A program made the translations under genes and the position numbers. Below the pieces are notes generated by a model that ran no database searches, was not told the origin of the DNA, and saw only the letters and a program-made list of their open reading frames with translations. From the NCBI GenBank assembly GCA_965153355.1, contig OZ231126.1, forward strand, positions 13,888,001 to 13,952,000: a stretch of DNA of 64,000 nt, given 5' to 3'. Positions 1 to 12,695 of this stretch are shown here, piece by piece (the stretch's first letter is position 1; every line of letters begins with the position of its first letter). This stretch comes from Flaccisagitta enflata. Taxonomy: Eukaryota.

Positions 1-30
1 CTAATGTTTATGTAGAGTCACCTGTTTTAA

Positions 31-610
31 AGGGTGTAGAATAGAGGGAGAACCATTTCCTTTCCCTAACTTTAAGATGATATCTACGCATCAACCAATA
101 CTTTTGAAACCTAGTGGGAGGGTCTGTTCATAGTTTAGGATGTGAGTGAACACATTGTGAAAAAAAAAACTGAACATTTTTCAATCATATGGCCGAACGG
201 CCTCTCGACAGGGAAAGCCTGGGATTTTTAAGCAAATCCCCTCAATTTTCAAAGGCCAATTTGACTGACTTAAACCTAATAGGAAAGCTTGAGATTAAAC
301 ATAAGTACATCCATGCTACAACACGGCGGATCAATATCAAAATTTCAAAGATCAGGCCTGGTAAATTTTCAGGATTAACGAGCGAAAAGTGAATGTAGTA
401 ATATAGCATATACCTTTTTTTCACTCAAAACGCTTCAAAATCCAAAAAGGTTAACCATTTTTGAGGGTTTTTTGGCTCTGAGCGCTTCCTCTTAATGTTT
501 ACTTTGGAAGAGTCTACCACAAGAAAATAGATCCCGCAAAAAAAATCAAATTTAAGCGCTCAAACGACTGTGACTCAGTTACGACATGATTCTCCAGTAG
601 TCTACGCCCT
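31..610. mobile_element. Non-autonomous TIR element, Kolobok-like (copy 1; copies also at 1557-2135 and 4483-5047)
   Basis: Imperfect ~28-bp TIRs: agggtgtagaatagagggagaa(c/t)cat.. and ..gacatgattctccagtagtctacgccct. The left flank is TTAA and the right flank TTAT. TTAA|AGGG...CCCT|TTAA is the Kolobok signature. Confidence 0.65.
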
Positions 611-2422
611 TTATAAGAGGGGTTTTTTCAGCATTTTGGGTGGTTTGTCTATGATAATGGATAGTCAAGAAGGGGAAATGACACTAGGAAAAAAAATTGG
701 GTCAAAAAGTTCAATCGTTTTGAAAATATAAACGTTTTTGTCTTTTTAAGATGTGATATATAATGTATCATATGAAATATAAGTTACAATGAGTTTTTTT
801 AGCATTTTGAGTGGTTGGTCAATGGTAATGGATAGTGCACAGGAAAAAATGACATTAGGAAAAAGAATCAGGTCAAAAAACTGATTTTTTCTTAAGTTAG
901 AAGCGATTTTTGCCTTTTTATAATATGATATTTATAAGTAAGAATGGACATGCTTAATCAATGAATATTGACTTTAAAATTGAATATTTGAGTTATTTGA
1001 GTCCAAACCATCATAATTCAGTAAGACCAAAGATAGATTTGCAAATTTAAAGGAAAACAAACACCCTAATGTTTATGTAGAGTTTTTTTCAGCATTTTGG
1101 GTGGTTTGTCTATGATAATGGATAGTCAAGAAGGGGAAATGACACTAGGAAAAAAAATTGGGTCAAAAAGTTCAATTGTTTTGAAAATATAAGCGTTTTT
1201 GTCTTTTTAAGATGTGATATATAATAAATCATATGAAATATAAGTTACAATGAGTTTTTTTAGCATTTTAGGTGGTTGGTCAATGGTAATGGATAGTGCA
1301 CAGGAAAAAATGACATTAGGAAAAAGAATCAGGTCAAAAAACTGATTTTTTCTTAAGTTAGAAGCGATTTTTGCCTTTTTATAATATGATATTTATAAGT
1401 AAGAATGGACATGCTTAATCAATGAATATTGACTTTAAAATTGAAAATTTGAGTTATTTGAGTCCAAACCATCATAATTCAGTAAGACCAAAGATAGATT
1501 TGCAAATTTAAAGGAAAACAAACACCCTAGTGTTTATGTAGAGTCACCTGTTTTAAAGGGTGTAGAATAGAGGGAGAATCATGTCCTTTCCCTAACTTTA
1601 AGATGATATCTACGCATCAACCAATACTTTTGAAACCTAGTGGGAGGGTCTGTTCATAGTTTAGGATGTGAGTGAACACATTGTGAAAAAAAAACTGAAC
1701 ATTTTTCAATCATATGGCCGAACGGCCTCTCGACAGGGAAAGCCTGGGATTTTTAAGCAAATCCCCTCAATTTTCAAAGGCCAATTTGACTGACTTAAAC
1801 CTAATAGGAAAGCTTGAGATTGAACATAAGTACATCCATCCTACAACACGGCGGATCAATATCAAAATTTCAAAGATCAGGCCTGGTAAATTTTCAGGAT
1901 TAACGAGCGAAAAGTGAATGTAGTAATATAGCATATACCTTTTTTTCACTCAAAACGCTTCAAAATCCAAAAAGGTTAACCATTTTTGAGGGTTTTTTGG
2001 CTCTGAGCGCTTCCTCTTAATGTTTACTTTGGAAGAGTCTACCACAAGAAAATAGATCCCGCAAAAAAAATCAAATTTAAGCGCTCAAACGACTGTGACT
2101 CAGTTACGACATGATTCTCCAGTAGTCTACGCCCTTTATAAGGGGGGTTTTTTCAGCATTTTGGGTGGTTTGTCTATGATAATGGATAGTCAAGAAGGGG
2201 AAATGACACTAGGAAAAAAAATTGGGTCAAAAAGTTCAATCGTTTTGAAAATATAAACGTTTTTGTCTTTTTAAGATGTGATATATAATGTATCATATGA
2301 AATATAAGTTACAATGAGTTTTTTTAGCATTTTGAGTGGTTGGTCAATGGTAATGGATAGTGCACAGGAAAAAATGACATTAGGAAAAAGAATCAGGTCA
2401 AAAAACTGATTTTTTCTTAAGT

Positions 2423-4285
2423 CAATTCAATTCAATTCAATTTAACAGTTTATTTCCCCAAATGCGCGTATAACAACAATATAGCGATGGATCAGCGGGG
2501 GAGGACCATGCATAAGCCCTTCATGTCAAATAGTGGTATACTTTCTATTTTTTAGTTTGGACATCGACGGGCTTGTTCATGTCGACCCTCGTGATTAAAG
2601 TCACAAATGCAGGATAAAGATGAGATAGAAAAAGACAAAACACAAAATGTACAAATTCATGCAAAAATTAGAAAACGATCAACAGGCAAATGGCATGACG
2701 TACGAATACGTCGATAAAAAGAACAATATCTACAATAACTTAAATCAGGGCATCAATATTAAAACAAAAACATGACGTACGAATACGTCTAACAATAAAA
2801 TTCTGTAACGTAGGAAAAAAGAATAAATAAGCGTCTATTAATTGAAATATTTTTTGTTTCTAAGCATTCCATAAATGATAGAGAAGGCATTGTGAAATTT
2901 CTCTGTTTTCAAGTAGACTGACGCAAAGTTAAACATAATCACCATCCATAATCAAAATCATAATATGAATAGTGACTAATACCTGGAGTGGTGGAAACTA
3001 ATATATAATACCGATGTCAAAACAGTGATTCCACAAATAATCATAAATCCAGCTTTCCAACAGGAAATCCCCTGCCCTGTGGGCACTGGTGTTCTGTTTA
3101 CTATGCAAATTCATAGGAATCTGATTAAAGCTGCAAATAGGGTTGACGAGACATTTGTTCATTTTTACGTATAAATTACTAATTTGTTTTCTTTATGACT
3201 TACAATTGTAAACACAGTATTAATACGACCATGGCTGCAATAAATACAGCCAAGGAAGGACAGCAGGTCCCCCAAGGGAGACAATCAGTAAGACCGTGAG
3301 GTCGCCCATCAAGACAATGAAGTCTTGACAGAATCAGTAGGACTATAGAAATTTGAGTTTGTTTAGTGAAGAGGCTTATTTTTAGTCAGGGAAAGAAAAA
3401 AAAAGTTTTACAGAGACTACATGATCATAACCTAACCTTACCTTACCTAACCTAACCTAACCTCAACCTAACCTAACCAAACCAAACTGAGTTAGCTTGA
3501 GCTTAATACTGTAGTACTATAAGTGATGTTTCTTGTCTTTGCATCTAGGATTAGTACAATCACTTTTGTGGGCATATCTATTAAGTAGCGACTTTTTTAA
3601 CTGTCTTTTAAAAAGAGCTTTCTGATCTATTTTTCTTAAGTCACTTGTGGTATTATTCCAAAGCTTTGGGCCAATAGCACTGAAACTGTTGGAGGCAGCT
3701 CTAGATTTGTAGTTGGGCACTTTTAGGTCTAAAGGATTTTGAGCCTGGCCCCTAAGATTGTACTCACAATTATACTGAGTGCTACAAAGGTTCTGTATCT
3801 TTTTTGGTGCACGCTGGTAGAAGGAATCATGCATAAGTAATAAGCATTGCTGCTCATAGAGATCATTGAATTTTAGTAGTCCAAGTTGTTTCATTCGGGG
3901 CTCTGTGTGGGCAGAGAAGTAAGACTTAGTTATTGTTCTAATTGCTCTTTTTTGAATATTTACTATTCTTTTTTTATTTTGGGCACTGCATCCGCCCCAA
4001 GCAGGCAATCCATAGAGCACATGAGGTTGAATGAATGAGTGGTAAAGAATTTTTAGGGTTGGAGGTGGGAGCAGATTCTTTACTCTGTTTATCATGCTGT
4101 TACTTCTTGCTATCTTATTTGCTACGCTAGTGCAATGCTTTTCCCAGCTTAGAGTACTATCTATGGTTATTCCTAAGAATTGTGCATCATCATAGATACC
4201 GAGTTTTTCTCCATCAAGGTAGATCTCGGGAAGTTTTTGATTTTTTGGAAGTGATTTTTTTCTAAAAATAACAGTTAAGAAATTA
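2423..4285 (-). mobile_element. 5'-truncated non-LTR retrotransposon (CR1/L2 group): C-terminal part of the RT ORF (3517-4285), ~1.1 kb 3' UTR and (TTGAA)n tail
   Basis: The ORF has post-RT motifs FLGITIDSTLSW..H, LKILYHSFIQPHVLYGLPAWGG, QKRAIRTI, HTEPRMKQL and SFSAIGPKLWN. The tandem tail caattcaattcaattcaa is at 2423-2440. The element splits the repeat unit at cttaagt|tagaagcg. Confidence 0.9.
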
Positions 4286-6544
4286 AGAAGCGATTTTTGC
4301 CTTTTTATAATATGATATTTATAAGTAAGAATGGACATGCTTAATCAATGAATATTGACTTTAAAATTGAATATTTGAGTTATTTGAGTCCAAACCATCA
4401 TAATTCAGTAAGACCAAAGATAGATTTGCAAATTTAAAGGAAAACAAACACCCTAATGTTTATGTAGAGTCACCTGTTTTAAAGGGTGTAGAATAGAGGG
4501 AGAACCATTTCCTTTCCCTAACTTTAAGATGATATCTACGCATCAACCAATACTTATGAAACCTAGTGGGAGGGTCTGTTCATAGTTTAGGATGTGAGTG
4601 AACACATTGTGAAAAAAAAACTGAACATTTTTCAATCATATGGCCGGACGGCCTCTCGACAGGGAAAGCCTGGGATTTTTATGCAAATCCCCTCAATTTT
4701 CAAAGGCCAATTTGACTGACTTAAACCTAATAGGAAAGCTTGAGATTAAACATAAGTACATCCATGCTACAACACGGCGGATCAATATCAAAATTTCAAA
4801 GATCAGGCCTGGTAAATTTTCAGGATTAACGAGCGAAAAGTGAATGTAGTAATATAGCTTATACCTTTTTTTCACTCAAAACGCTTCAAAATCCGAAAAG
4901 GTTAACCATTTTTGAGGGTTTTTTGGCTCTGAGCGCTTCCTCTTAATGTTTACTTTGGAAGAAAATAGATCCCGCAAAAAAAATCAAATTTAAGCGCTCA
5001 AACGACTGTGACTCAGTTACGACATGATTCTCCAGTAGTCTACGCCCATCCATTTATCCATCAAACCTCTTATTATATACAAAATCTTTTTTATTTCTCT
5101 AGTTATATGGCAGATGTCAGAGTTGAAAGCAGATTGAAAGAAAAGAACACTCAACGCGACTCTGAGTGACAAGACCGGATACACGGAACTTGAGTCGCGT
5201 GAGGGTGGGCAGGGGTAGTGATCGTTAGGGCCGATGGTTTTTGCATCAAATCAATTGATTACCACAGCCTGCAGCTTTTTTAAACAGACTATGTCTATAC
5301 TGCACTGTTGAAAACTACTCGCTATATGACTTTTCTCCGTGATTTAGAGGTTCCAGATTTGATATTTCGATCATAACTTGATGGTGGTTGTGGTAAAAAT
5401 GTCATATTGGCCACCAAATTGGGCCACTTAGCCTTAGTCTTAGAAATCGAACCTAAAATTCATGAGATTATAAAACTAGAGCTCAAGATCTCACTAGTGG
5501 TGCAATTCGCATGTTTCTATCATTTTTCGTTTAGATTTGAGAGCATTTCAAAGATGAAAGGGTTTGAAGGGGAAATTGCGGCTTCAATTTCAATGGCAAT
5601 TTTGACATTTTTCACAAATTTCAATATTTCGCGGCTTTGGATAGACCAATCTGCATAAAATTGGTGATCAAATTGAAGAGTTTTTCCTGTTCTAGCTGAT
5701 GGTAAAAAAAATTTTGATCGACATTTCCCAAAAAAAATTCTCTGTAGAAGCAGGTGCAAAAAAGTCAATTTTTTTTGCATATTGGTCAATCTTAGATGAA
5801 AAAATTAGGCCACTTCCAATTCTTAAAAAGACTTAAAATTCATGAGCAAAATAGAGTACTGCTCAGGAGCTAACCAGTGCACTATGGTCTGAAGTGGCGT
5901 CATCTTCAGCCAAAACCTCTGAATTCCAGATTTCTCTTAAAAGTCCATTTTAATGATATTTTATGCGATAGATATTGATTTTTTTCATTTTTGCTAAAAT
6001 TTTTCAGTTATAATATTATACTTTTGCTTATTCAATAGTGTTTAATATGTTTTTGATATGAATATTTTTTAGATTTTTTTTATCACTAAGAATTTTTTTT
6101 TAAATACCAGTAATGGCGGCTATTGCTGTGAAGAAAAAAATTGCAAGTATTAGCCACTTTCCACCAAACTTTTGTCTTTAATCATTGCAATTTTTTTTAG
6201 CTGTTAGATTTTGTCAAAAATAATTGTATATATTGATAGCACTTTAAACTAGAGGAAAATATGATTGCGCAAAATAAACAAGAGGGGCTGAAATACTCAA
6301 AATCACTCTCACAGATGACTAGATATGCTTTCTTGAATTTGCATGCTCAAACAAGCATAGATACACTCCTTTTTTGATCCTATAAAGAATCATAAAATAA
6401 TTGAGAAAAAAATTGATTTGAAATTTTTGTAAATAAATCTTTAAAAAATCAACTCAAAAAATACTTGTAGAGAATTCTGATTGGCACCAGATAAAAGAGA
6501 ATTATCATATTTAAGTAATCTATCAATTTCATAAGAGGCCACAA

Positions 6545-7560
6545 CACCCCCCTCTGGATAGCCCCCCAAAGAAAAACAAAAAAACCCATTCTGGGGATCC
6601 CAAGAACTATCATCTAGGATGTCTTGGCTACACAAAACAACATCAGACTAAATCATTTGAAGGCAAAATTTGGGAAAAAGTCACTTTTTTTGCAAAAATC
6701 AAGCAATTTTTGCTATATTTAGAACTTTCATAGTTCATACAGCTTCCAAAACTTTAGAAAAAATCTAAAAAGTGTAAGATTAACTAATGTGTAACTAGTT
6801 TTACCTTTTCAAGCTAGTTTGGATGGATATTTCAAAGATTAGAGCAAAGAAAATCACTTAAAACCAGAAAATCGAGTTTTTTTCAGCATTTTTTTCCCTA
6901 AAATCATTCAATACAGAATATTGACATATATATAAGAATAAATGTAATAGTGAAATGTATGTTTATGTACTTTACTGTATGTAATATATATTTTACTTGC
7001 ATGAAATAATTTTGAAGTATTGATAACATTTCAGCTTGAAAATACTAAAAAAAGCTTAAATTTACTGTTTTTAAGTCATTTCTTTAGCTTTTGAGAGTTA
7101 AATATTTCTTCAAACTAACTTAAAATGGTAAAACCATATGAATTTCAACTGTTCCCACACACTTTTTATAGTTTACGGGCTTATTGATGTAGCTTGAGTG
7201 ATTTTAGGCAAAAGAATGCTGAAAAAAACTCGATTTTCTGGTTTTAAGTGATTTTTTTTGCTCTAATCTTTGAAATATCTATCCAAACTAGCTTGAAAAG
7301 GTAAAACTAGTTACACATTAGCTAATCTTACACTTTTTAGATTTTTTCTAAAGTTTTGGAAGCTGTATGAACCATGTAAGTGCCAAATATGGCAAAAAAT
7401 GCTTGATTTTTGCATAAAAAGTGACTTTTTCCCAAATTTTGCCTTCAAATGATTTAGTCTGATGTTGTTTTGTGTAGCCAAGACATCCTAGATGATAGTT
7501 CTTGGGGTCCCCAGAACGGGTTTTTTGGTTTTTCTTTAGGGGGCTATCCAGAGGGGGGTG
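6545..7560. mobile_element. Non-autonomous foldback element with ~365-bp TIRs, CAC...GTG ends and a 4-bp TSD (Chapaev/CMC-like)
   Basis: 6545-~6910 is the reverse complement of ~7195-7560. The direct repeat ACAA lies at 6541-6544 and 7561-7564. Confidence 0.85.
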
Positions 7561-8270
7561 ACAATCAGCTGGATGAGATACTCATTTTACTGTAAGAAAT
7601 TTATGTTTTAATTAATAACAAGAGGAACAATATAGAAAACATACTAAAATTGTTAATAATTATCTGAATTACCTAATACATACAAATAAATGAAATAAAA
7701 AATAGATTTTTTAAAAGATTAAAATTATTGGATAATCATATTTTTTCCCTTTTGTCCCATATGTTAGTACCTCCCTCACAGCTTGAATCTAGTCAATCCT
7801 GCATAGATTTTTACATAGGGAATTACCAAGACGTTGACATCCCTCCTGTAAGAAAAAAATGAATGAACGAATGAATAAATGATTGAATGATTTGGAAAGT
7901 GAACAAATGAAAACTGGACTAAAGCGTGAATGCCTGTTTACGGGTTACGGCAGGGTCACAAACGGCGTTAATCCTTCCTTGCCCGCCTCCTTCCTTTCCC
8001 CACTTATACATATCTTTTCACACTTGAACATAATGGACTGACCAATGGGCCAATGAACAAACAGACTGACTGAGCCAAAAAAATTGGAATTTAAACAATG
8101 AAATATTCTTGACCCAAGAATACGAACATCTGATAAATGCATGTGCCTCTGCGTCGACTTCTCCCTTCTTCTGGTTTAATATCTCCCTGTCCTTATTTTC
8201 TTTTTCCCTTTTCTCCATCTCATTCCATCTTGTCTTCCTATCTTCCTTCCCTCTCCTTTCTAACTAGTCC

Positions 8271-8329
8271 CTTCTTCTTCTTCTTCTTCTTCTTCTTCTT
8301 CTTCTTCTTCTTCTTCTTCTTCTTCTTCT

Positions 8330-8361
<32 letters not shown>

Positions 8362-8485
8362 CTCTTCTTCCTCTTCTTCATCAGAGACCTACCATTGACA
8401 TAGAATCAGCAAATGGGTTAAATGAATGAATGAATGAATGAGTGAATGAATGAATGAATGAATGAATGAATGAATGAATGAATGC
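8271..8485. repeat. (CTT)n and (GAAT)n microsatellites
   Basis: Direct inspection. Confidence 0.95.
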
Positions 8486-9192
8486 GGGAACACCTGGAGG
8501 GCCAAAGGATAGTATAAACACATTAAAATTGACCGTTGGACATGGATTCTGCTAATGGACCAAACTCATTTTGGCTTAATTTACATATTCCAAGAACTGG
8601 AAATCCCTTGAAAAGCGCCCTTGGGCGGGATTGGGCGGCGATCTAACTCTTCCCCATTTGTTCCAAACTCAATCAGCGATATAAAAGAAGTGGTCTTATG
8701 CTGTGCATTACTGTGCGAAAAAAGAAAAGTATGTTTTACTGGTGCTTCAATTGCAATTTCAGGCTTATTATTCGATCACTCACTGGTGACATAAAATTTT
8801 AGAAAAAAAGTTGGATTTTTGGGCTGTGACAGTGGAAAGGCATGTACTAATGGGTCCTAGAGGAAAAATGTGCAAAATAACTGATTTGCACCCATAATGA
8901 ACAATTTCTGTCAACACTCGATTTTCACAGAATCTGGAAGGCCACTGACCTCTCTGATAATCAGGCCCAGTATAGACATCCCATTTGATGAAAAAAACGA
9001 TACAAATGTGGTTTAAGATACGTAAACATACATGCTTCAGTATGACAAGATGAAAAAAAAACATTTTCAAATGTCGTATTTTCGCGGTTTTAGCTGAAGA
9101 TTTGCCTGTAGAAACGAATGTGCAGTGGTGCAATCGGCGTGTCAATGTGTTTTTGCATTTAGATTTTATAGAACTTCAAAGATCTAAGGGTA

Positions 9193-9755
9193 CAGTAGAT
9201 CTCGACTAGACTTGAGATAACGGGGGCAAGCATTGTGGAATGACGAAAAAAAGCAGGGGAGCGATATTTGAATCATAGACTAATCAAAGGATGGTTAATT
9301 CCCCATGATAGCTGGTTGCCATGGAAATACATTTCCATGTATTCTCGCTAAAGTATCAATATTTTGAGAGATTTTTTAAGGGAACATTGCTTAAAATAAA
9401 ATTTGCTACAACTTTCCCACAGTATGTTCTGTAAGAATGTCGCTCGTTTGGCCGTTGCTAGGGAGCGTATCCATGTGTGACAACCCATAGCAACCGTTAA
9501 ACAAGCGATATTCTTACAGAACATACTGTGGGAAAGTTGTAGCAAATTTTATTTTAGGCAATGTTCCCTAAAAAAATCTCTCAAAATATTGATACTTTAG
9601 CGAGAATACATGGAAATGTGTCTCCATAGCAACCAGCTATCATGGGCAATAAAGCATCCTGTTATTAGTCTATGCTTGAAATATCACTCCCCTGGCTTTA
9701 TTTGTTTTCCCACAATACTTGCCCCCGTTATCTCAAGTCTAGACGAGATCTACTG
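9193..9755. mobile_element. Palindromic Tc1/mariner-type MITE
   Basis: TA|cagtagatctcgactagacttgagataacgggggcaag ... cttgcccccgttatctcaagtctagacgagatctactg|TA. Nearly the whole element is one inverted repeat. Confidence 0.9.
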
Positions 9756-9950
9756 TATGTCAAAACGACAATTTTTGGGTATTTATGGTTGAAATAAAGC
9801 TCCCCTTATCAGGTTGAAGCAGACAACGATCTGACACGACATTAAGAGGAGTCTTAAACAAAAAGATCCAATGTGGTGGATTGCGTGGCCTCGCTGAAAA
9901 TCAGATGCCGCATTCATGCTCATCTCGACCGGGTAGACTCCCCCGGTCAT

Positions 9951-10098
<148 letters not shown>

Positions 10099-10567
10099 TC
10101 GGTGGAACTCGGTCGAAGGAAGGAAGAATAATGAACCTGGAAACAATTTTTTGTACCGTAAAATGAATTTGAATGAAGAACAAGTCGAGGTAACCACTTT
10201 GTATGACTTGGAAAACCGGTCCGACATTCTCGAATTGTCCCTGATTAGATGGTGATACAAAAACTCCTTTCCTTTCCTTTCTTAAAATCTTTGCTCCATC
10301 ATGCGAAACTGAAATTGCGGCCAGCGCCGATATCAGACTTGAAAATGCTCACGTGACAAAATTCCATCGTTGCTTCTACATGTGCAGACAAATCATGTGA
10401 CTTTCTACAGCATTGACTTGATTAACCACCACTCAAAATTGAAATGATCTTCTTTAGAAAGTTTGTCACCATGAAATCGTGCATGAAAATGAAAACGCAA
10501 TAGCATAGTAACAGTGCAGTGACGAGCGCCTTGTTTCAAGAGTAGCAAAAATAACAATATCAACAAT

Positions 10568-10642
<75 letters not shown>

Positions 10643-10915
10643 AAAATCGAGCTCAGGAATAGTACATTGTAAACGATTTTCTTCTAATTGCTCGTCTTTC
10701 AAAATGAGTAACCATTTTATTGAATATTGAATCACATCTCACACGTCGTATTTTCCCTGCCTACAGACATCTTTTTCATCATGTTTTAACCATTGCTATC
10801 ATCACAAAAATATTGACCAAAAGACATAATTGAAAACGAAAAAAAAAATTGACCGTTTACGCTCATCTTTCGTTTTTTTTCCTTGAAAACTAACCTGAAT
10901 GTTTATTTATGAACA

Positions 10916-11353
10916 CACTTTTTTTTTTTTTATAAGAGACAACTTTTTTGAAATCAGCCTGGGTTTTCTTAAATTTCTGGCTGTTTTCAGCCTGAAATTC
11001 TCTTAAACTGTTCTTAATTTCTTCGATGTTTATAAATATATTAATTGAATGAAAATACCTTATTTATAACAATTGTATCTTCAACTTGATAATTATCATG
11101 ATCTTTTTTTACATAATGCCTGATTTCATAGGCAAAAAAATAAAAGAATTTATTTCTAAAGATAGAAAAACCATATTTCTGAAATATTTGAGTACAATTT
11201 ATTTTTTAGATATAAAACCATTTAAAAAAGTTCTTTTGAAAATAACCAAAACTAAACCCCAGCCTGGGCATTTACTTATTTTGTTCTTAAAATTTTGGTA
11301 ATTCTCAGGCTCACGTCTCTTATAAACTGGTCTCTTATAAAATAAAAAAAGTG
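10916..11353. mobile_element. MITE with CAC...GTG ends and a 2-bp (CA) flanking duplication
   Basis: ca|cacttttttttttttataagagac ... gtctcttataaaataaaaaaagtg|ca. There is an internal inverted cagcctggg motif. Confidence 0.65.
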
Positions 11354-11577
11354 CATTACATCTGAAGCGTTCAGGCGATTTTGACACAATCATTACCAAA
11401 GGTAAGTCTATGATAAGTCTACTGCTTCATGTTACTTGTGGCTTGTGCAACAATTTATCCTATATTAAACTCATACAATTAATCAAAAGGAAACAGAAAT
11501 TGAACAAAATTTGGAAAAGATATGGACATTTATATAGTGTAAGCTTCCATTACATACACATACATACCTAATCTGTG

Positions 11578-11650
11578 GTCTACTAAAGTCTACTAAAGTC
11601 TACTAAAGTCTACTAAAGTCTACTAAAGTCTACTAAAGTCTACTAAAGTC
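11578..11650. repeat. 10-bp minisatellite (TACTAAAGTC)x7
   Basis: Perfect tandem copies. Confidence 0.95.
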
Positions 11651-11829
11651 TGCTTGGTTACACTTGCACATTGTTTTTTAGACAATTTCAGTTTCCAATT
11701 CTCCTCTGACTCTTTGTCTAAGGGTGCTTTTGTCTGTGTTAATACATCATCAATTCTGTAAAGCCGGCCGACCGGCAGTGCATCCATCTGTCTGTCTGTC
11801 TGTCTGTCTGCCACATAAGGCAGAAAGGA

Positions 11830-11879
<50 letters not shown>

Positions 11880-12495
11880 TCTTTTTTTCTTGTCCATCTC
11901 AATCAAGATAGCCAGAATATTTTCATAAGGAAAAAAACCTTAAATTGAAGACAAGGTAGGGGGTGTTTGCGTGGGCAGAGGCAGTAACATCAAACTCAAA
12001 AAACAATTTGAGCAAGGGCAATAATGCAGCAAATTCCGCTCATTTTAAAATTTCGACAAATAAGGTCTTGTGAAAGTAAAATGTATAAGACTTACTTAAT
12101 GTGAGACAAACCGACCAACCGACCCACCTCATAACGAGATGGGGAAACACCTTCTTAAAATGCGAAACAAACATTTTATATTTCAAATTTTTTAAAATGA
12201 TTAAAGTAGAAAAACTGGGCAACTGGCAACGGGCCATAGGGACAAGACTAAGGAGCGAAAAAAATATAATCCACCTGTAAAAAAAATAGAAGTTCGAGAA
12301 TCCTCCAATACACTATAAAAGGGAACAAACTTCAATAGCGTCTAATGAATGTTTGAATTGATTCTCGCAATTTTTTTAAACAATTTTGTACTTTAAACAT
12401 GACCAGAGCGTGTCATGGACAAGCTAACTCGTCTTTGATTCTTTGATTCCTTTGCGATCACAACAGGATTATCTGTCAAAACTTTCTAGGGGATT

Positions 12496-12695
12496 TTTAG
12501 TCGCGGACACACGACTCTACACCTTGCCGTGTTGGTTGGCATGTCAGTATGTCGGTCCGTTGGTACGTTACAAATATTTCGGAATTTCGAGCGTTTTTTT
12601 GAATTACTACAAATAGTTTAGAATTTCTAGCGGTTCTTTGCATTGCGGCCTCTGCCAAACCGTCCACAACTGTCTTGCAGTGTCCGGCCTTGTTT
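12496..12695 (+). mobile_element. Helentron-associated (HINE/DINE-1-like) short repeat. Relatives at 16652-16873, 25048-25286, 27361-27505(-), 45384-45543(-), 57482-57690(-), 58699-58882, 60771-60998 and 61306-61548
   Basis: Shared layout: a TTTT(A)G 5' end with a short hairpin (agt(c/t)gcg...cg(c)(a/g)act), a central (GTCC/GTCG/GTCT)n tract, and a 3' end ..ccttgtt or ..cacttgtt. Confidence 0.6.

Larger units (their letters stand above)
1..5047. repeat. Tandem array of a ~1.06 kb unit (580-bp MITE + ~480-bp spacer): three copies plus a partial duplication (1083-1543), interrupted by a LINE
   Basis: The unit start ctaatgtttatgtagagtcacctg recurs at ~1, ~1527 and ~4453. 622-1082 is repeated at 1083-1543. 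Copies are near-identical. Confidence 0.9.

Noticed and set aside
3429-3485. (AACCT)n = TTAGG tract as a telomere
   Set aside because: It is short, degenerate and internal to a LINE 3' UTR, so it is not a chromosome end. It is too weak to assign taxonomy.
4286-4338. N-terminus of the 273-aa ORF 3517-4338 as a real start
   Set aside because: These codons come from the flanking tandem repeat read through the 5'-truncation junction.
189-4875. Repeated 60-67 aa ORFs (MAERPLDRES..., MKKRYMLYY...)
   Set aside because: They are short ORFs inside the MITE copies with no domain. They recur only because the DNA is repeated.
11578-11650. CRISPR-like array (also considered 51893-51970 and 32287-33290)
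   Set aside because: There are no unique spacers of constant length and no cas genes, and the context is eukaryotic.
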